A stretch of DNA of 64,000 nucleotides. It comes from a virus. Where the stretch lies: IMG/VR virus record IMGVR_UViG_3300037464_000047; one strand, written 5' to 3'. The translations under genes and the position numbers were made by a program. A model generated the notes under the pieces. The model did not search any database, was not told where the DNA came from, and saw nothing but the letters and a program-made list of their open reading frames with translations. Position 1 is the first letter of the stretch; each line of letters opens with the position of its first letter. Shown in pieces: positions 53,023-62,384 of the stretch.

Positions 53023-53638
53023 CAAGACCCCCCTACCACCCGGCTACCGGCGCATGACCGAGGACTTTCCTCTCCCCTCGACCCGCGAGAAGATCGTGGA
53101 GCTGGTGAAGCTGGTGCTCAACATGGGGGGTGTCCAGCGCCTGGTCATCGACGCCCACCAGGGCAAGATGATCGCCCGCCGGGCCGTGAAGAACGAGGAG
53201 GCTCAGATGCCGGGCTTCCCCACCGAGCTGCTGGAGCAGGAGGACCTCTTCGCCAGCGCACGCAACGCGGAGATGCGCGAGCTTGACACCCGGGGTTATC
53301 CCCCGCTCGCCGTCCTCTTCCGGGCCTTCCACCTCATCACCCAGCCTGGTCTGGAGCCCCGGGCCTTTGTCGTGAACACCCTCGACGAGCTCCGCCGCTG
53401 GCTGGGGCTAGACGAGCTCTTCGACCTGCGCGCCCTCTACGGGGTGGAGGTGGTCGAGTCGCGCAACATGCCGCCGGAGTCCCTTCTCCTGGTGGCCCAC
53501 AATCCGGCGGCCGAGGACCCCGACCGGGTCGTCTTCAGCCTCCGGATGAGCCTTCTCATCGACGACGGACAGGTGGAGGAGCAAGAAGTCAAGCCCCTCC
53601 CCCGCCGTCCTTCCCCTTCTCGCTCCCGAGCTGGTTGA
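53006..53638 (+). CDS. Hypothetical protein
   Basis: Coupled ORF. Confidence 0.7.
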   Translation: MRFVDSKTPLPPGYRRMTEDFPLPSTREKIVELVKLVLNMGGVQRLVIDAHQGKMIARRAVKNEEAQMPGFPTELLEQEDLFASARNAEMRELDTRGYPPLAVLFRAFHLITQPGLEPRAFVVNTLDELRRWLGLDELFDLRALYGVEVVESRNMPPESLLLVAHNPAAEDPDRVVFSLRMSLLIDDGQVEEQEVKPLPRRPSPSRSRAG

Positions 53639-53641
53639 TGT

Positions 53642-53670
53642 TTGACATTGTTGAACATCGAACGTAGTCT
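53642..53670 (+). promoter_or_regulatory. Sigma70-type promoter
   Basis: TTGACA-17 nt-TAGTCT; ATG is 7 nt downstream. Confidence 0.75.
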
Positions 53671-53677
53671 TCCCTCA

Positions 53678-53872
53678 ATGGCCGGAGACGAGGTGGTAGA
53701 GACGGAGAAGACGGGCTATCTGGGCGGCCGAGTCGAGCAGGAACTCCTCGACCGGGTGACGGCGGAGATGAAGGCGAAGCGCGTCACCAAGTCCTGGATT
53801 CTCCGACAAGCTCTCTACGATCGTTACGGCATCCTCCCACGCAGGGAAGGGGACGACGATGGCAAGCTGTGA
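53678..53872 (+). CDS. Ribbon-helix-helix regulator, probably leaderless
   Basis: YLGGRVEQELLDRV...TKSWILRQAL; no SD sequence. Confidence 0.7.
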   Translation: MAGDEVVETEKTGYLGGRVEQELLDRVTAEMKAKRVTKSWILRQALYDRYGILPRREGDDDGKL

Positions 53873-54131
53873 GCGTTGTGGGAATGGCGGACTGGACCCG
53901 CGCGTCCTGGTCGTCGATTCGGAGCAGAAGTTGATCGGGCCCTGCTGCTCGGTCTCGAAGGTGCAGTATCACGTGGAGATGTCTTCTCAGAATGGGTTTC
54001 TGGCCCGCCTCAGCGCATTTGGTGTCAACCTGCAGTTCCAGCGCACGCCTCAGGAGATCTCACAGTGGCTCAACAGCCAGTCCAGAACGGTCCCGACGAG
54101 CTCGACGACGCTCGTCCCTCCGATGACGTAG
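53859..54131 (+). CDS. Hypothetical protein, Cys motif
   Basis: CERCG...CC. Confidence 0.6.
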   Translation: MASCERCGNGGLDPRVLVVDSEQKLIGPCCSVSKVQYHVEMSSQNGFLARLSAFGVNLQFQRTPQEISQWLNSQSRTVPTSSTTLVPPMT

Positions 54132-54246
54132 CCGGTCAGGACCGAGAGGGCCTCATTGAAGGCCTCCTGGGCCCTGAGCAGGCCCCACCGGAGGGGTGGG
54201 GCCCCTCTCCGGTCCGCTCCATCGCCCCCCTGTTCCCGCGCACCCC

Positions 54247-54831
54247 ATGAACCTTTCCGACCTGCCTCTGGAAGTCCTCCAGGCCGAAATCCTGGAGAAG
54301 ACTCGGGACTTGGAGGTCTTCTCCAAGGCCCGGGAGCTGCTCCAGAATCGAGTCTTGGAGGTTCAGCAGAGTTCCAAGAGCACCATCACGCCGCTGCACA
54401 TGTGGTCGGGGACCGATCTGGTCCTCGGAGCCCTGGACCTGTCCATCCACGCCATGGAGCGGACCTTGAATGAGCTCCAGGTGGTGAAGGAGGCGTATGT
54501 CCAGGGTTTCGGCAAGCACGAGGTGGACCCTCTCGGGCTCGACGGGATGGGTAAGGACCCGGAGCACGCGCAGAGCGCTCTCGCCCGCCTTCGGAGCCGG
54601 GACAACCATTTGAAGCTGGTGAGGAACGATGAACGCGAGCAAGACGGAGGTGATCCTCATGGGAGCCCTCCTAGGGACGGGACTGGTCCAGCCGGTGAGC
54701 CACTTCTCGAAGGGCGGGGCGGTGACCTTCCTGTGCCGACAGGTCCCTGGCCAGGAGAAGCCGTGGATCGCCGTGGTGGACCAGCTCCTGACGGCGGTGG
54801 AACCCCTTCAGGCGGCAGGCACTGGAGCTGA
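54247..54831 (+). CDS. Coiled-coil hypothetical protein
   Basis: Start MNLSDL; C-terminus overlaps the next gene by about 200 nt. Confidence 0.55.
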   Translation: MNLSDLPLEVLQAEILEKTRDLEVFSKARELLQNRVLEVQQSSKSTITPLHMWSGTDLVLGALDLSIHAMERTLNELQVVKEAYVQGFGKHEVDPLGLDGMGKDPEHAQSALARLRSRDNHLKLVRNDEREQDGGDPHGSPPRDGTGPAGEPLLEGRGGDLPVPTGPWPGEAVDRRGGPAPDGGGTPSGGRHWS

Positions 54832-55267
54832 CATCCACCTCTGCCGCAAGTACCTGCGTCGGGAGGGCCAGCTCGTCTTCGGCTGGTTCCTCTCCATCGT
54901 AGTCCCCAAGGCCAAGGAGCTGGACACCGTACTCGCGGCAGTACTGCCCGTCCTTCAGGCCGCGCGTCCGGTCCTCACCCCCGTGACGCCTCCGGTAGCG
55001 CCGCAAGCTCCTCAGGCCCCCACTGCACCGGCGCAGGCCGCCTCCTACGATGAGCCGGTCGAGCAGGTGCGACAGCCCGAGCACGTGCCCCGGCTCCGCA
55101 AGGTGGTGGTAGAAGACGAGATCGACGGAGGGACCCGAGAAGAGATCGTCATCCCCCTCCCCCACGCCAGCAAGGGCCGGAACATGCCCAGCAAGCCCGT
55201 CTGGGACGAGAACGAGGGGCGGTTCCGGGGTGGTGGCAAGGGCGCCAAGCGCGCCAAGGACAAGTGA
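54629..55267 (+). CDS. Hypothetical protein
   Basis: RBS GAGG; typical codon usage. Confidence 0.7.
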   Translation: MNASKTEVILMGALLGTGLVQPVSHFSKGGAVTFLCRQVPGQEKPWIAVVDQLLTAVEPLQAAGTGADIHLCRKYLRREGQLVFGWFLSIVVPKAKELDTVLAAVLPVLQAARPVLTPVTPPVAPQAPQAPTAPAQAASYDEPVEQVRQPEHVPRLRKVVVEDEIDGGTREEIVIPLPHASKGRNMPSKPVWDENEGRFRGGGKGAKRAKDK

Positions 55268-55275
55268 GCGACTGA

Positions 55276-56016
55276 ATGAGCGGACCACACGAAGAGAGGC
55301 TGTTCACCCCCCCGCGCGAGCGGATGCGCGGCATCGACAACATCGTCTCGGAGGCCGACAAGAAGTTCCACAGCAAGGCGACCCCCGAGGTGAAGGAGGC
55401 CGTCCGCCAGGCGAAGAAGATCGCCGGGAAGACGCTCGACCAGATCGTTGCGCAGATCGGCTACGGGGCTGCCGCGAAGGACGTCGGCATCCGCAAGCGG
55501 GTCCGGGCGAAGTACAAGATCGAGGTCTTCTTCCAACCGGGCCGCACGGTGAATGGGCCCAACCTCTGTGGCGTCATGCTCTGGGAGAGTGGGCGACGTA
55601 TCCACGGCGGTGGTGACGACAAGATGTTCTGGTGCAAGGACAACCGCCAGGGCCAGAACGAGGGCTGCTGGGGTCCCATCGTCTCCGACAACATCAAGGG
55701 CGGTCTCGCCGTTTGCCCGAAGTGCCTGATGGCGGTCGATGCCGAGCTCCTCACGGACATGCGGGTCCTGCGCCTCACGACGCGCAAGCTCGCGGACGTC
55801 ATCGAGACCATCTTCCACCAGCTCGGGGACAACGCGGACGTCTACTGCAAGTACTCCCAGGACGACATCCGCTACCGGGCTATGGTGATGGCCAAGGGTG
55901 AGCGCGTCGCGCGCAAGTACAAGGGCCTCCACATCTACACCCTGGGCAACCTCATCCAGGACACGGCCCACGGCGCCTCCGTCAACAACCGCTTCTACGC
56001 TTTCCTCACGAGCTGA
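55276..56016 (+). CDS. Hypothetical protein with Zn ribbon
   Basis: FWCKD...C...CPKC. Confidence 0.75.
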   Translation: MSGPHEERLFTPPRERMRGIDNIVSEADKKFHSKATPEVKEAVRQAKKIAGKTLDQIVAQIGYGAAAKDVGIRKRVRAKYKIEVFFQPGRTVNGPNLCGVMLWESGRRIHGGGDDKMFWCKDNRQGQNEGCWGPIVSDNIKGGLAVCPKCLMAVDAELLTDMRVLRLTTRKLADVIETIFHQLGDNADVYCKYSQDDIRYRAMVMAKGERVARKYKGLHIYTLGNLIQDTAHGASVNNRFYAFLTS

Positions 56017-56018
56017 TC

Positions 56019-56276
56019 ATGAGTGACAACAAGGACATCGTCTGGATTCCTATCGGCAGCTCGGGGGACTTCATGGCCGAGAAGGCCTTCCAGGAGATGA
56101 TGGACAAGGCCATGAAGGACCCTCAGCTCGTCATCCTGAGTACGCGGGGGCCTCAGAACCCGATCGAGCGGATGTGGAGAGAGAGCACCAACGGTTACTC
56201 CATGGGCTACAAGGTGGCGGACCCTCCGGACCCGAACTGTCGTATCATCTCCGAGCAACCTCCGAAGAAGGAGTAG
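56019..56276 (+). CDS. Hypothetical protein
   Basis: Coupled ORF. Confidence 0.6.
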   Translation: MSDNKDIVWIPIGSSGDFMAEKAFQEMMDKAMKDPQLVILSTRGPQNPIERMWRESTNGYSMGYKVADPPDPNCRIISEQPPKKE

Positions 56277-56285
56277 ACTCCGGTC

Positions 56286-57767
56286 ATGATAGACGACAAG
56301 GCCATGGATTCGTTCCAGCAGGAGCTCACGAAGCTCGCGTTCTCCGGGGTAACTCCTCAGGACGAGGTCGAGGGCTTCCACATCTCCGAGCGCAAGGACT
56401 GGAGCCGGTTCGACAAGAACCTGCGCCGGAAGGACTTCCGGGCAGCAGCCGTCGATTCCAGCCTCAGCGACAAGAAGCTCAAGCGCTACGTGAAGAACTA
56501 CGGGGGCTACCTGACCTCCAAGGAAGTCGTGGCCGGGGTCCCCAGCCGGACGTCGAAGAAGACCTACGCGCTGAAGGAGCTGCCCACGGGCCGCCTGGCC
56601 TGCAACTGCAAGGACTGGCAGTACCGGCACTCCGTCCGGGGCACCGACTGCGACCACATCAAGCTCTTCAAGAAGAGCGGGTTGCACAAGACGGCCTCGG
56701 CCGACGTGGAGAAGGTAGCAGCCCGTGCCGGTGCCCGGTTCCTGGCGAAGAACCTCGGGCGGCTCCTGTCCAGGGGAGAAGAAGGCCTGGAGACGGCGCA
56801 ACGCGTTGCCCGCGCTACCGGTGCCGGTCGCGTCAACGGCAGCCAGGTGAAGATGCTGGGCCAGGGCGGCGAGGGCGTGGCGGACCTCATGGCCCACCGC
56901 AACCAAGGCCTCGTCGTGCGCAAGCTCTTCAACCCCGAGGGCATCTCGGGTGAGGCGATGATCAAGCGCAAGGAAATCGCCGGCCGGGCCCTGCGCGATA
57001 ACCCCCATGTCGCGCGCTTCCATGGCGCTGCCAAAACGGAGCACGGGGGCAACATGCACTTCTCTGAGTTCGTCCCCGGTATGGAAGCCAGCAAGGCAGG
57101 CCCTCAGATGGAAGCCAACATCCGAGCTGCCAAGGCCGGCGTGCTCAAGGGCCTCCGCCGCGCCGGCTTCCAGGGCGGTCAGGACATCCGAGCGGCCAAC
57201 ATGATGGTGACCCCCTCGGGCCAGGTGAAGGCCTTCGACATGATGCCGAACTTCCGCCAGGAGTTCGTGCGCCCGAATCGTTCCATCCGCCAGGCGCGGC
57301 CGAACGAGCTATTCGGGACGGAGAAGGTCTTCGAGCAGGGAGTCATCCAGGAGGGTCGACGCGTCACCCACCAGAGCATCCGGGCCAACGCTTTCCGGGG
57401 GGCCCCACTGCAGGACATCCGGCGCGCGGCGCCGAAAGCCGCCCCTGCTCGCCAGGCACCCCCCCGCCAGCCGGTAGGGAACAACAACGTCACCGTCCCG
57501 AAGATGCCCGCCCTGCCGACCAAGCCCATGCCCGGGACTCAGCAGTCGTTGCCGATGATGGCTCCCCTCCCCACGGCGCCGAAGCCAGCCGGAGCCGCCT
57601 CAGGCGTGCCGACAGCGGTGGGGCGCGCGGGGAAGAAACCCGTGGCGCCGGCCCCGACGGCGGTGGCCCGGGGAGGAAAACAGACGGCCTCCTTCGGGAA
57701 GATGCCCACCACTCCCTTCGGTTCGCCTCCGCGCACCCAGGCCTTTGGGGCTGCGTCTCTGAGGTAA
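56286..57767 (+). CDS. Multidomain protein: FQQELTKLA leader, SWIM Zn finger, protein-kinase-like domain, Pro-rich tail
   Basis: CNCKDW...CDH (SWIM); LGQGGEG, VRK, DIRAANMMV and KAFDM (kinase motifs). Confidence 0.75.
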   Translation: MIDDKAMDSFQQELTKLAFSGVTPQDEVEGFHISERKDWSRFDKNLRRKDFRAAAVDSSLSDKKLKRYVKNYGGYLTSKEVVAGVPSRTSKKTYALKELPTGRLACNCKDWQYRHSVRGTDCDHIKLFKKSGLHKTASADVEKVAARAGARFLAKNLGRLLSRGEEGLETAQRVARATGAGRVNGSQVKMLGQGGEGVADLMAHRNQGLVVRKLFNPEGISGEAMIKRKEIAGRALRDNPHVARFHGAAKTEHGGNMHFSEFVPGMEASKAGPQMEANIRAAKAGVLKGLRRAGFQGGQDIRAANMMVTPSGQVKAFDMMPNFRQEFVRPNRSIRQARPNELFGTEKVFEQGVIQEGRRVTHQSIRANAFRGAPLQDIRRAAPKAAPARQAPPRQPVGNNNVTVPKMPALPTKPMPGTQQSLPMMAPLPTAPKPAGAASGVPTAVGRAGKKPVAPAPTAVARGGKQTASFGKMPTTPFGSPPRTQAFGAASLR

Positions 57768-57929
57768 GAAAAAAGCCTACGTGAACACCCCCACCCATCA
57801 TCCCACCAGGGGCCTGTCACCGGCAGGGGCGGCTGCGTCCTCATCGCGGGCGGCGTCTTCCCGGGCGACTGCATCGCGCACGAACGTGACGACAACAAGT
57901 ACCTTGTCCCGAATTTCTTGGGGGAATTG

Positions 57930-58244
57930 ATGCCCACTTTTCACGAGGTCAACCAGCAGTACAAGACGGCCGTCTCCCGGAGGGAGGTCCTCAAGCACGT
58001 CATCGAGTACTTCGACGGGAACTTCCGTGCCCATGGCATGGTGACTCCTCCGAAGATGCTCGTCACGGAAGAGGACCGTCTCCCCGTGAGCCAGGAGAGC
58101 ATCGAGGACTTCATCCTGCGGATGACCCAGGAGCTGAACGAAGTCGAGCAGATCCTCCTCCAGATTCGTCAGATCCAGATCGAGCCGGTCTCCGGACTGG
58201 CCCAACCGACCACCTTCGGGGTGGCCCAGGAGCAGATGCCATGA
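57930..58244 (+). CDS. Hypothetical protein
   Basis: Probable start MPTFHE. Confidence 0.6.
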   Translation: MPTFHEVNQQYKTAVSRREVLKHVIEYFDGNFRAHGMVTPPKMLVTEEDRLPVSQESIEDFILRMTQELNEVEQILLQIRQIQIEPVSGLAQPTTFGVAQEQMP

Positions 58245-59026
58245 GCGAGCAGGAATCCACGACCTCCGAGCAGCAGCCCCCTTCTGCCCCCAGCACCCCA
58301 GAGGAGATGTCCGCCCTCGGGGACGCAGTTCTCACAGAGATGGAGAAGAGGGAAGGCAGGCCGAGCAAGATTGCCCTGAAGCGAGCACGTGACCGGGACG
58401 AGAGGCGCCGTCGCCTCGCCAACCAGTTCATGAAGGACGAGGGCCTCACCGAGGAGGCCGCGAGGGAGAAGGCCGAGCTCATCGTCCTGCGCGACGAGTA
58501 TCTCGCCCTCCCCCTGGACAAGCGGATCGAGATCCTCCGGGCCCAGACGCGCCAGGACATCCACGCCATCGGCAAGAGCTTCGAGGGCTTCCGCCAGGAC
58601 CTCATCAACCTGCGCCACAACGATGGCGTCCTGGCCGATGACATGGAGGTCCTCCAGCGCTTCCTGGCCAAGGTCTTCGCCAGGCTGAACCTGCCCATGC
58701 TGGAGCTCAAGCCGATGTTCACGGAGGCACGGCAGGAGTTCGAGGCCGAGCGCGCGGAGGCGGCGCGGCTGGCGCGGGGGGCGGAGGAGGCCCAGGCCCG
58801 CAAGGAGGAGTCGACGCAGGAGGGCCAGACCGCTGAGAGCATCCTGAAGGAGGCCGAGGGGAAGAAGATCGTCGGCATCGACGGGACCCCCGAGGGCGGC
58901 CTGCCAAACGAGGCGGCCTACCCCGAAGCCGTCCTCTTCGGGGGAAGCGATGGGGTGCCGACCCTGTCCGAGACGGGGGAAGCTCCTCCGGCTACTCCCC
59001 TGCCGTCCGAGACCGCTGAGGGCTAA
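58241..59026 (+). CDS. Coiled-coil acidic hypothetical protein
   Basis: ATGA-coupled; RBS AGGAG. Confidence 0.7.
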   Translation: MSEQESTTSEQQPPSAPSTPEEMSALGDAVLTEMEKREGRPSKIALKRARDRDERRRRLANQFMKDEGLTEEAAREKAELIVLRDEYLALPLDKRIEILRAQTRQDIHAIGKSFEGFRQDLINLRHNDGVLADDMEVLQRFLAKVFARLNLPMLELKPMFTEARQEFEAERAEAARLARGAEEAQARKEESTQEGQTAESILKEAEGKKIVGIDGTPEGGLPNEAAYPEAVLFGGSDGVPTLSETGEAPPATPLPSETAEG

Positions 59027-59061
59027 AAAAGAGGGGGCGGTGATACAACCCGCCCCCTTCT
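59025..59061. terminator. Terminator between convergent blocks
   Basis: GGGGGCGG/CCGCCCCC stem; A6 on the left and CTTCT on the right. Confidence 0.8.
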
Positions 59062-59090
59062 GGCACACTTACAGAGTAGAGGGGTGCGCG

Positions 59091-60122
59091 TCAGTCCAGC
59101 TCGACGCACCGTGAGAAGGCCGTCGACTTGCGGAGGGCGTTCTCCGAGGCCGACTTGGCGACTTCCTCTACGGCCAGGCTCCCCACGGTCTCCAGGAGGC
59201 TCTGGAGCTGGGCGGAGGACTCGACCGGGCTGTAAACGTCTCCCTTCTCCCCCATCTCCAGGTGAGCGTACTGCAGGACCTGGTTCAGAACCTGGTTCAC
59301 GTCCGAGCCCACGAAGTTCATGCTCTGGAAGGCCGAGAAGGCGCTGACGAGCGGCTCCAGGTTCCGAGCGGTGAGTCGGCCCTTCTCCTTCAGCGTCGTG
59401 AGGGCCTTGTGGGCGGCCTCTCCCACGGCCTGGTGCATCTGCCGTGTGGTGTCACGCACCCAGCCCTGCAGGTTCTTCTCCAGAGCCGCCCGCGCCTTGG
59501 CCAGCTCGGCGGCGTTCACCGTCTGCATGGCGTCGTTGCCCGAGACCTGGAACGTGGTCCACTTGAAGCTGAACCGTCTCGCCAGCTCGCCTTTGGACGG
59601 GTACAGCTCGCGGTTCTTCTCGTCCTGGCCCGTGAGCCAGGTCTTCAGCTCCGCCGTCCGCGCCTCCCGGGCCCGCTTGTTCGTCTCCGGGATCTTCAGC
59701 ACGTCCTTGGTGGCCAGCTTTCCTGCCTGCTCCGAGAGCTTCTGGAGCTGCTCCTCGCGCAGGCGCTCGTAGTTGGCCAGGAGGAGCTCCACCTGCTCGA
59801 AGAAGCGCGTCTTGTAGTCCTCCAGCCCGTCCAGGACCTCCTGCAGGTACTGGAAAGTCACGAACCGGCCTCCCGAGATGGGGAAGGGGATGGAGCGGTC
59901 GTAGAGGAAGGTGCGCGCCTGACCTTCAATGGCGAAGATGGGGTGAATGGCCTCCTTGGCGAGAAGGTACTTGTGCCCGAGGTACAAGGCCCCCTTGTCG
60001 ACCTCCTGCAGAAGCAGGTCGCCCTGGTCGAGCTTCCGTTGAGCGTTCCATCGCCCAATGTTCAGGTCCACCAGAACGCCATGTTGGAAGACGACCTGGT
60101 CGAGTGATTGATTGCTGCTCAT
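59091..60122 (-). CDS. DUF3150-like protein
   Basis: GVLVDLNIGRW...LG.K.LL...AR.FL...PFP..G.RFV pattern. Confidence 0.5.
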   Translation of the reverse strand: MSSNQSLDQVVFQHGVLVDLNIGRWNAQRKLDQGDLLLQEVDKGALYLGHKYLLAKEAIHPIFAIEGQARTFLYDRSIPFPISGGRFVTFQYLQEVLDGLEDYKTRFFEQVELLLANYERLREEQLQKLSEQAGKLATKDVLKIPETNKRAREARTAELKTWLTGQDEKNRELYPSKGELARRFSFKWTTFQVSGNDAMQTVNAAELAKARAALEKNLQGWVRDTTRQMHQAVGEAAHKALTTLKEKGRLTARNLEPLVSAFSAFQSMNFVGSDVNQVLNQVLQYAHLEMGEKGDVYSPVESSAQLQSLLETVGSLAVEEVAKSASENALRKSTAFSRCVELD

Positions 60123-60261
60123 TCCTCCTCCTCTTCATCGGTGAGCTCCTCGGTCTCCTCGGTGGACGAGGAGTCCATTCCACAGCTCTGGCATCGGTAG
60201 TGCGCCCGCGCCCCGAGCTGTCCCAAGGGCGAGAGCGGGCCTCCGCAATAGGGACATCCCA

Positions 60262-61197
60262 TCAGCTCTCATCCTCCGGCTGCCCCGGCTGCAGCATCTT
60301 GATGGGGGACGACCCGGCCCCGAGGAACTTCTGGAGGCCCAGGCGCATCATGGTGTTGGTGAAGAAGGACTCGATCTCCGTCCGGGCCGCGTCCGTGACC
60401 TTCTCCATCCGCTCCTTGTACTGATTGAGGATGAAGGGCAGGTTGGCGGTCACGGCCTGCGTCATCCCACCGACCCGGTTGAGGATCTCCGCCTTGTCGG
60501 CCTTCGTGAGGCTCTTCTTCTCCAGAACCTCTTCGAGGTACGTCCGGAACTTCTGCAGGGCCACCGCGACGCCCTCCACCTTCTCCCGGAGTTCCTGCTC
60601 GAACAGGGCGTGCTCATCCGGCGTGGGGCAGTTCTCCATCTTCTGGTGGCCCACGTAGTTGATGGTGCAGGGGACCCCCAAGCCGAGGCTCATGCTCGCC
60701 ATGAAGTGCGCCCACTGCGATTCGCTGAACTGGATCTCCGTGAGCAGGGTGCCAGTGGAGTAGTGCAAGGTCTCGTGCAGACTGCGCTTCTGGTAGGCCC
60801 GGTTGATGCGCAGGGTGATGAAGTGCTGGTGCCTGAACGGGGAGCCGAACAGCACCTTGGAGCCCGAAGTCCGGGTGACCTGCGCGGCGCCGTAGCTGGG
60901 GTGGTACTCCATCTCGCCCTCGTCCGACGAGGACTTGGGGCGGCCTTCCTCGTTGGTCATCAGCCGCTGCTGCCACTCCTGGGGCAGGTCGACGTGGATG
61001 ATCATCTTGGCAAAGTCCAAGGGCTCCGCCTTCTCCAACTGCCAGATGCTCAAGTCCTTGCTGTTCCCCAAGCTCCCGTCGGAGTGGAGGTAGTAGCACT
61101 TGAAGCTGGAGGAGGCATTCTCCCCCCAGATGAGGATCGGCTTGCCCTCGTAGACGTAGACCTCGCCCTGCGTGTACTTCCGCTCGCGTCTCGACAT
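60262..61197 (-). CDS. Conserved phage hypothetical protein
   Basis: HPSYG...LFGS...H..FITLRI...EIQFSESQWA...GVPCTI; start MSRRER. Confidence 0.7.
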   Translation of the reverse strand: MSRRERKYTQGEVYVYEGKPILIWGENASSSFKCYYLHSDGSLGNSKDLSIWQLEKAEPLDFAKMIIHVDLPQEWQQRLMTNEEGRPKSSSDEGEMEYHPSYGAAQVTRTSGSKVLFGSPFRHQHFITLRINRAYQKRSLHETLHYSTGTLLTEIQFSESQWAHFMASMSLGLGVPCTINYVGHQKMENCPTPDEHALFEQELREKVEGVAVALQKFRTYLEEVLEKKSLTKADKAEILNRVGGMTQAVTANLPFILNQYKERMEKVTDAARTEIESFFTNTMMRLGLQKFLGAGSSPIKMLQPGQPEDES

Positions 61198-61209
61198 GAA
61201 GGACTCCAG

Positions 61210-61249
61210 AAAAAGAAAGGGCCCGGCCCCTCCGAAGAGAGACCGGGCC
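61210..61249 (-). terminator. Intrinsic terminator
   Basis: 13-bp stem with C(UUCG)G loop plus CTTTCTTTTT. Confidence 0.85.
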
Positions 61250-61272
61250 ATGGGACTGCCGGGAGTGCCAGG

Positions 61273-61635
61273 CTACTCGGCCACGAGGATCAGCTCACCC
61301 TTGGGCAGGGTGACGTCATGGTTGACCTTGACCCAGGCCACGAACTTGTCCCAGCGCTTCTGGGCCCGCTCAACCTCCCGCGCGTAGCGGACTGGGACGG
61401 CCGAGAGGTTGATGGCCGTGCCCTCGATGTTCTTGGCGTACCCACCGTTCTCGCCCTGGACGAGGATGGGGTAGCCGAGCCACTTCTCCTTGGTCTCGGT
61501 GCCCCAATTGGGGTCATCCCCCTCCTTGGTGGTGAACGGCTGGCCGTCCTTGCCGTACTTGAGGGCGTCCTTGTTCCGGTTGGTGAGCTTCTGGAGGTCC
61601 CGACCCGCGACGATGGCTCCGATGACGATCTTCAT
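61273..61635 (-). CDS. Hypothetical protein
   Basis: Start MKIVIG with GGAG RBS. Confidence 0.65.
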   Translation of the reverse strand: MKIVIGAIVAGRDLQKLTNRNKDALKYGKDGQPFTTKEGDDPNWGTETKEKWLGYPILVQGENGGYAKNIEGTAINLSAVPVRYAREVERAQKRWDKFVAWVKVNHDVTLPKGELILVAE

Positions 61636-61667
61636 GTGGTGACTCCTTCCTGCGAGGGACTCAACGG

Positions 61668-61865
61668 CTACTGGGTGATCTTCAGGGTCTGACCCACGGC
61701 GGCCTTGTGCGCCTCCGCCTTCAGCTCCCTGCCCTGCACCTTCCCGAGCGCCTGTTCCAGCGACTCGGTCTCCTTCAGGCACGAGCCGTCCGGAAAGCCC
61801 TGGGCCTCGATCTTCGACGAACCATCAGGGTTCGCCGTCACGATGATCTTCCGCTGACCAGCCAT
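61668..61865 (-). CDS. DUF2997 family protein
   Basis: IIVTANPDGSSKIEAQGF...CLKETESLEQALG. Confidence 0.8.
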   Translation of the reverse strand: MAGQRKIIVTANPDGSSKIEAQGFPDGSCLKETESLEQALGKVQGRELKAEAHKAAVGQTLKITQ

Positions 61866-61876
61866 GTAGTGCCTCC

Positions 61877-62374
61877 TCAATCCAAGGTAACAACGCGTCC
61901 GTACCGCAGACCAGTGGTGTTGACGGGCTTCTTCTGCGTATCGACCACGAGGGAGCCCGTACTGCCCTCGGGGACATCAAAGCGGGGGAGTTCCTCACCC
62001 TTCTGGTACTTCTTCAGGTACTCCGCTGCATCTTCCGCGATCAGCTTCGTGTGCTTGCAGCCCCTCTCCTGGCCAGGCAGCACCTGCCCCCGTTCATCCT
62101 TCTTGGGGCGGAAGTAGATCCACCCCATGCAGTCACAGCTCGTCGTCCCATCGTTGTAGAGCAGGGTGTTGTACTGAGGGACGCGACCAGCGACCTCCTT
62201 GCTCCCTTGCATGGTCCACTGGAAGATGGCCTTCTTCTCCTCCGGGGGAGGAGGCGGAGAAGGCGGCGGAGGCGGAGGGGTGGCCACCTTCTTCCGGGCC
62301 CTGGACTTGCGGACCGGCGTCTCGACGATGGGGTGGGTCTCCGCGAACGACTTCATGCTCTTGCGACGAGGCAT
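61877..62374 (-). CDS. SWIM Zn-finger protein with polyproline linker
   Basis: SCDCMGW...CKH; PPPPPSPPPPP. Confidence 0.75.
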   Translation of the reverse strand: MPRRKSMKSFAETHPIVETPVRKSRARKKVATPPPPPPSPPPPPEEKKAIFQWTMQGSKEVAGRVPQYNTLLYNDGTTSCDCMGWIYFRPKKDERGQVLPGQERGCKHTKLIAEDAAEYLKKYQKGEELPRFDVPEGSTGSLVVDTQKKPVNTTGLRYGRVVTLD

Positions 62375-62384
62375 CCTGCCCTCC

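Noticed and set aside
54629-54831. About 200-nt overlap between two + strand ORFs suggesting a frameshift
   Set aside because: No slippery or homopolymer site was identified; the tail is low-complexity and may simply be an extension
57768-57929. Open in-frame stretch after the kinase TAA that runs into the next ORF (possible read-through)
   Set aside because: TAA is a poor read-through codon and open frames of this length are common at this GC. The downstream gene has a usable ATG at 57930.
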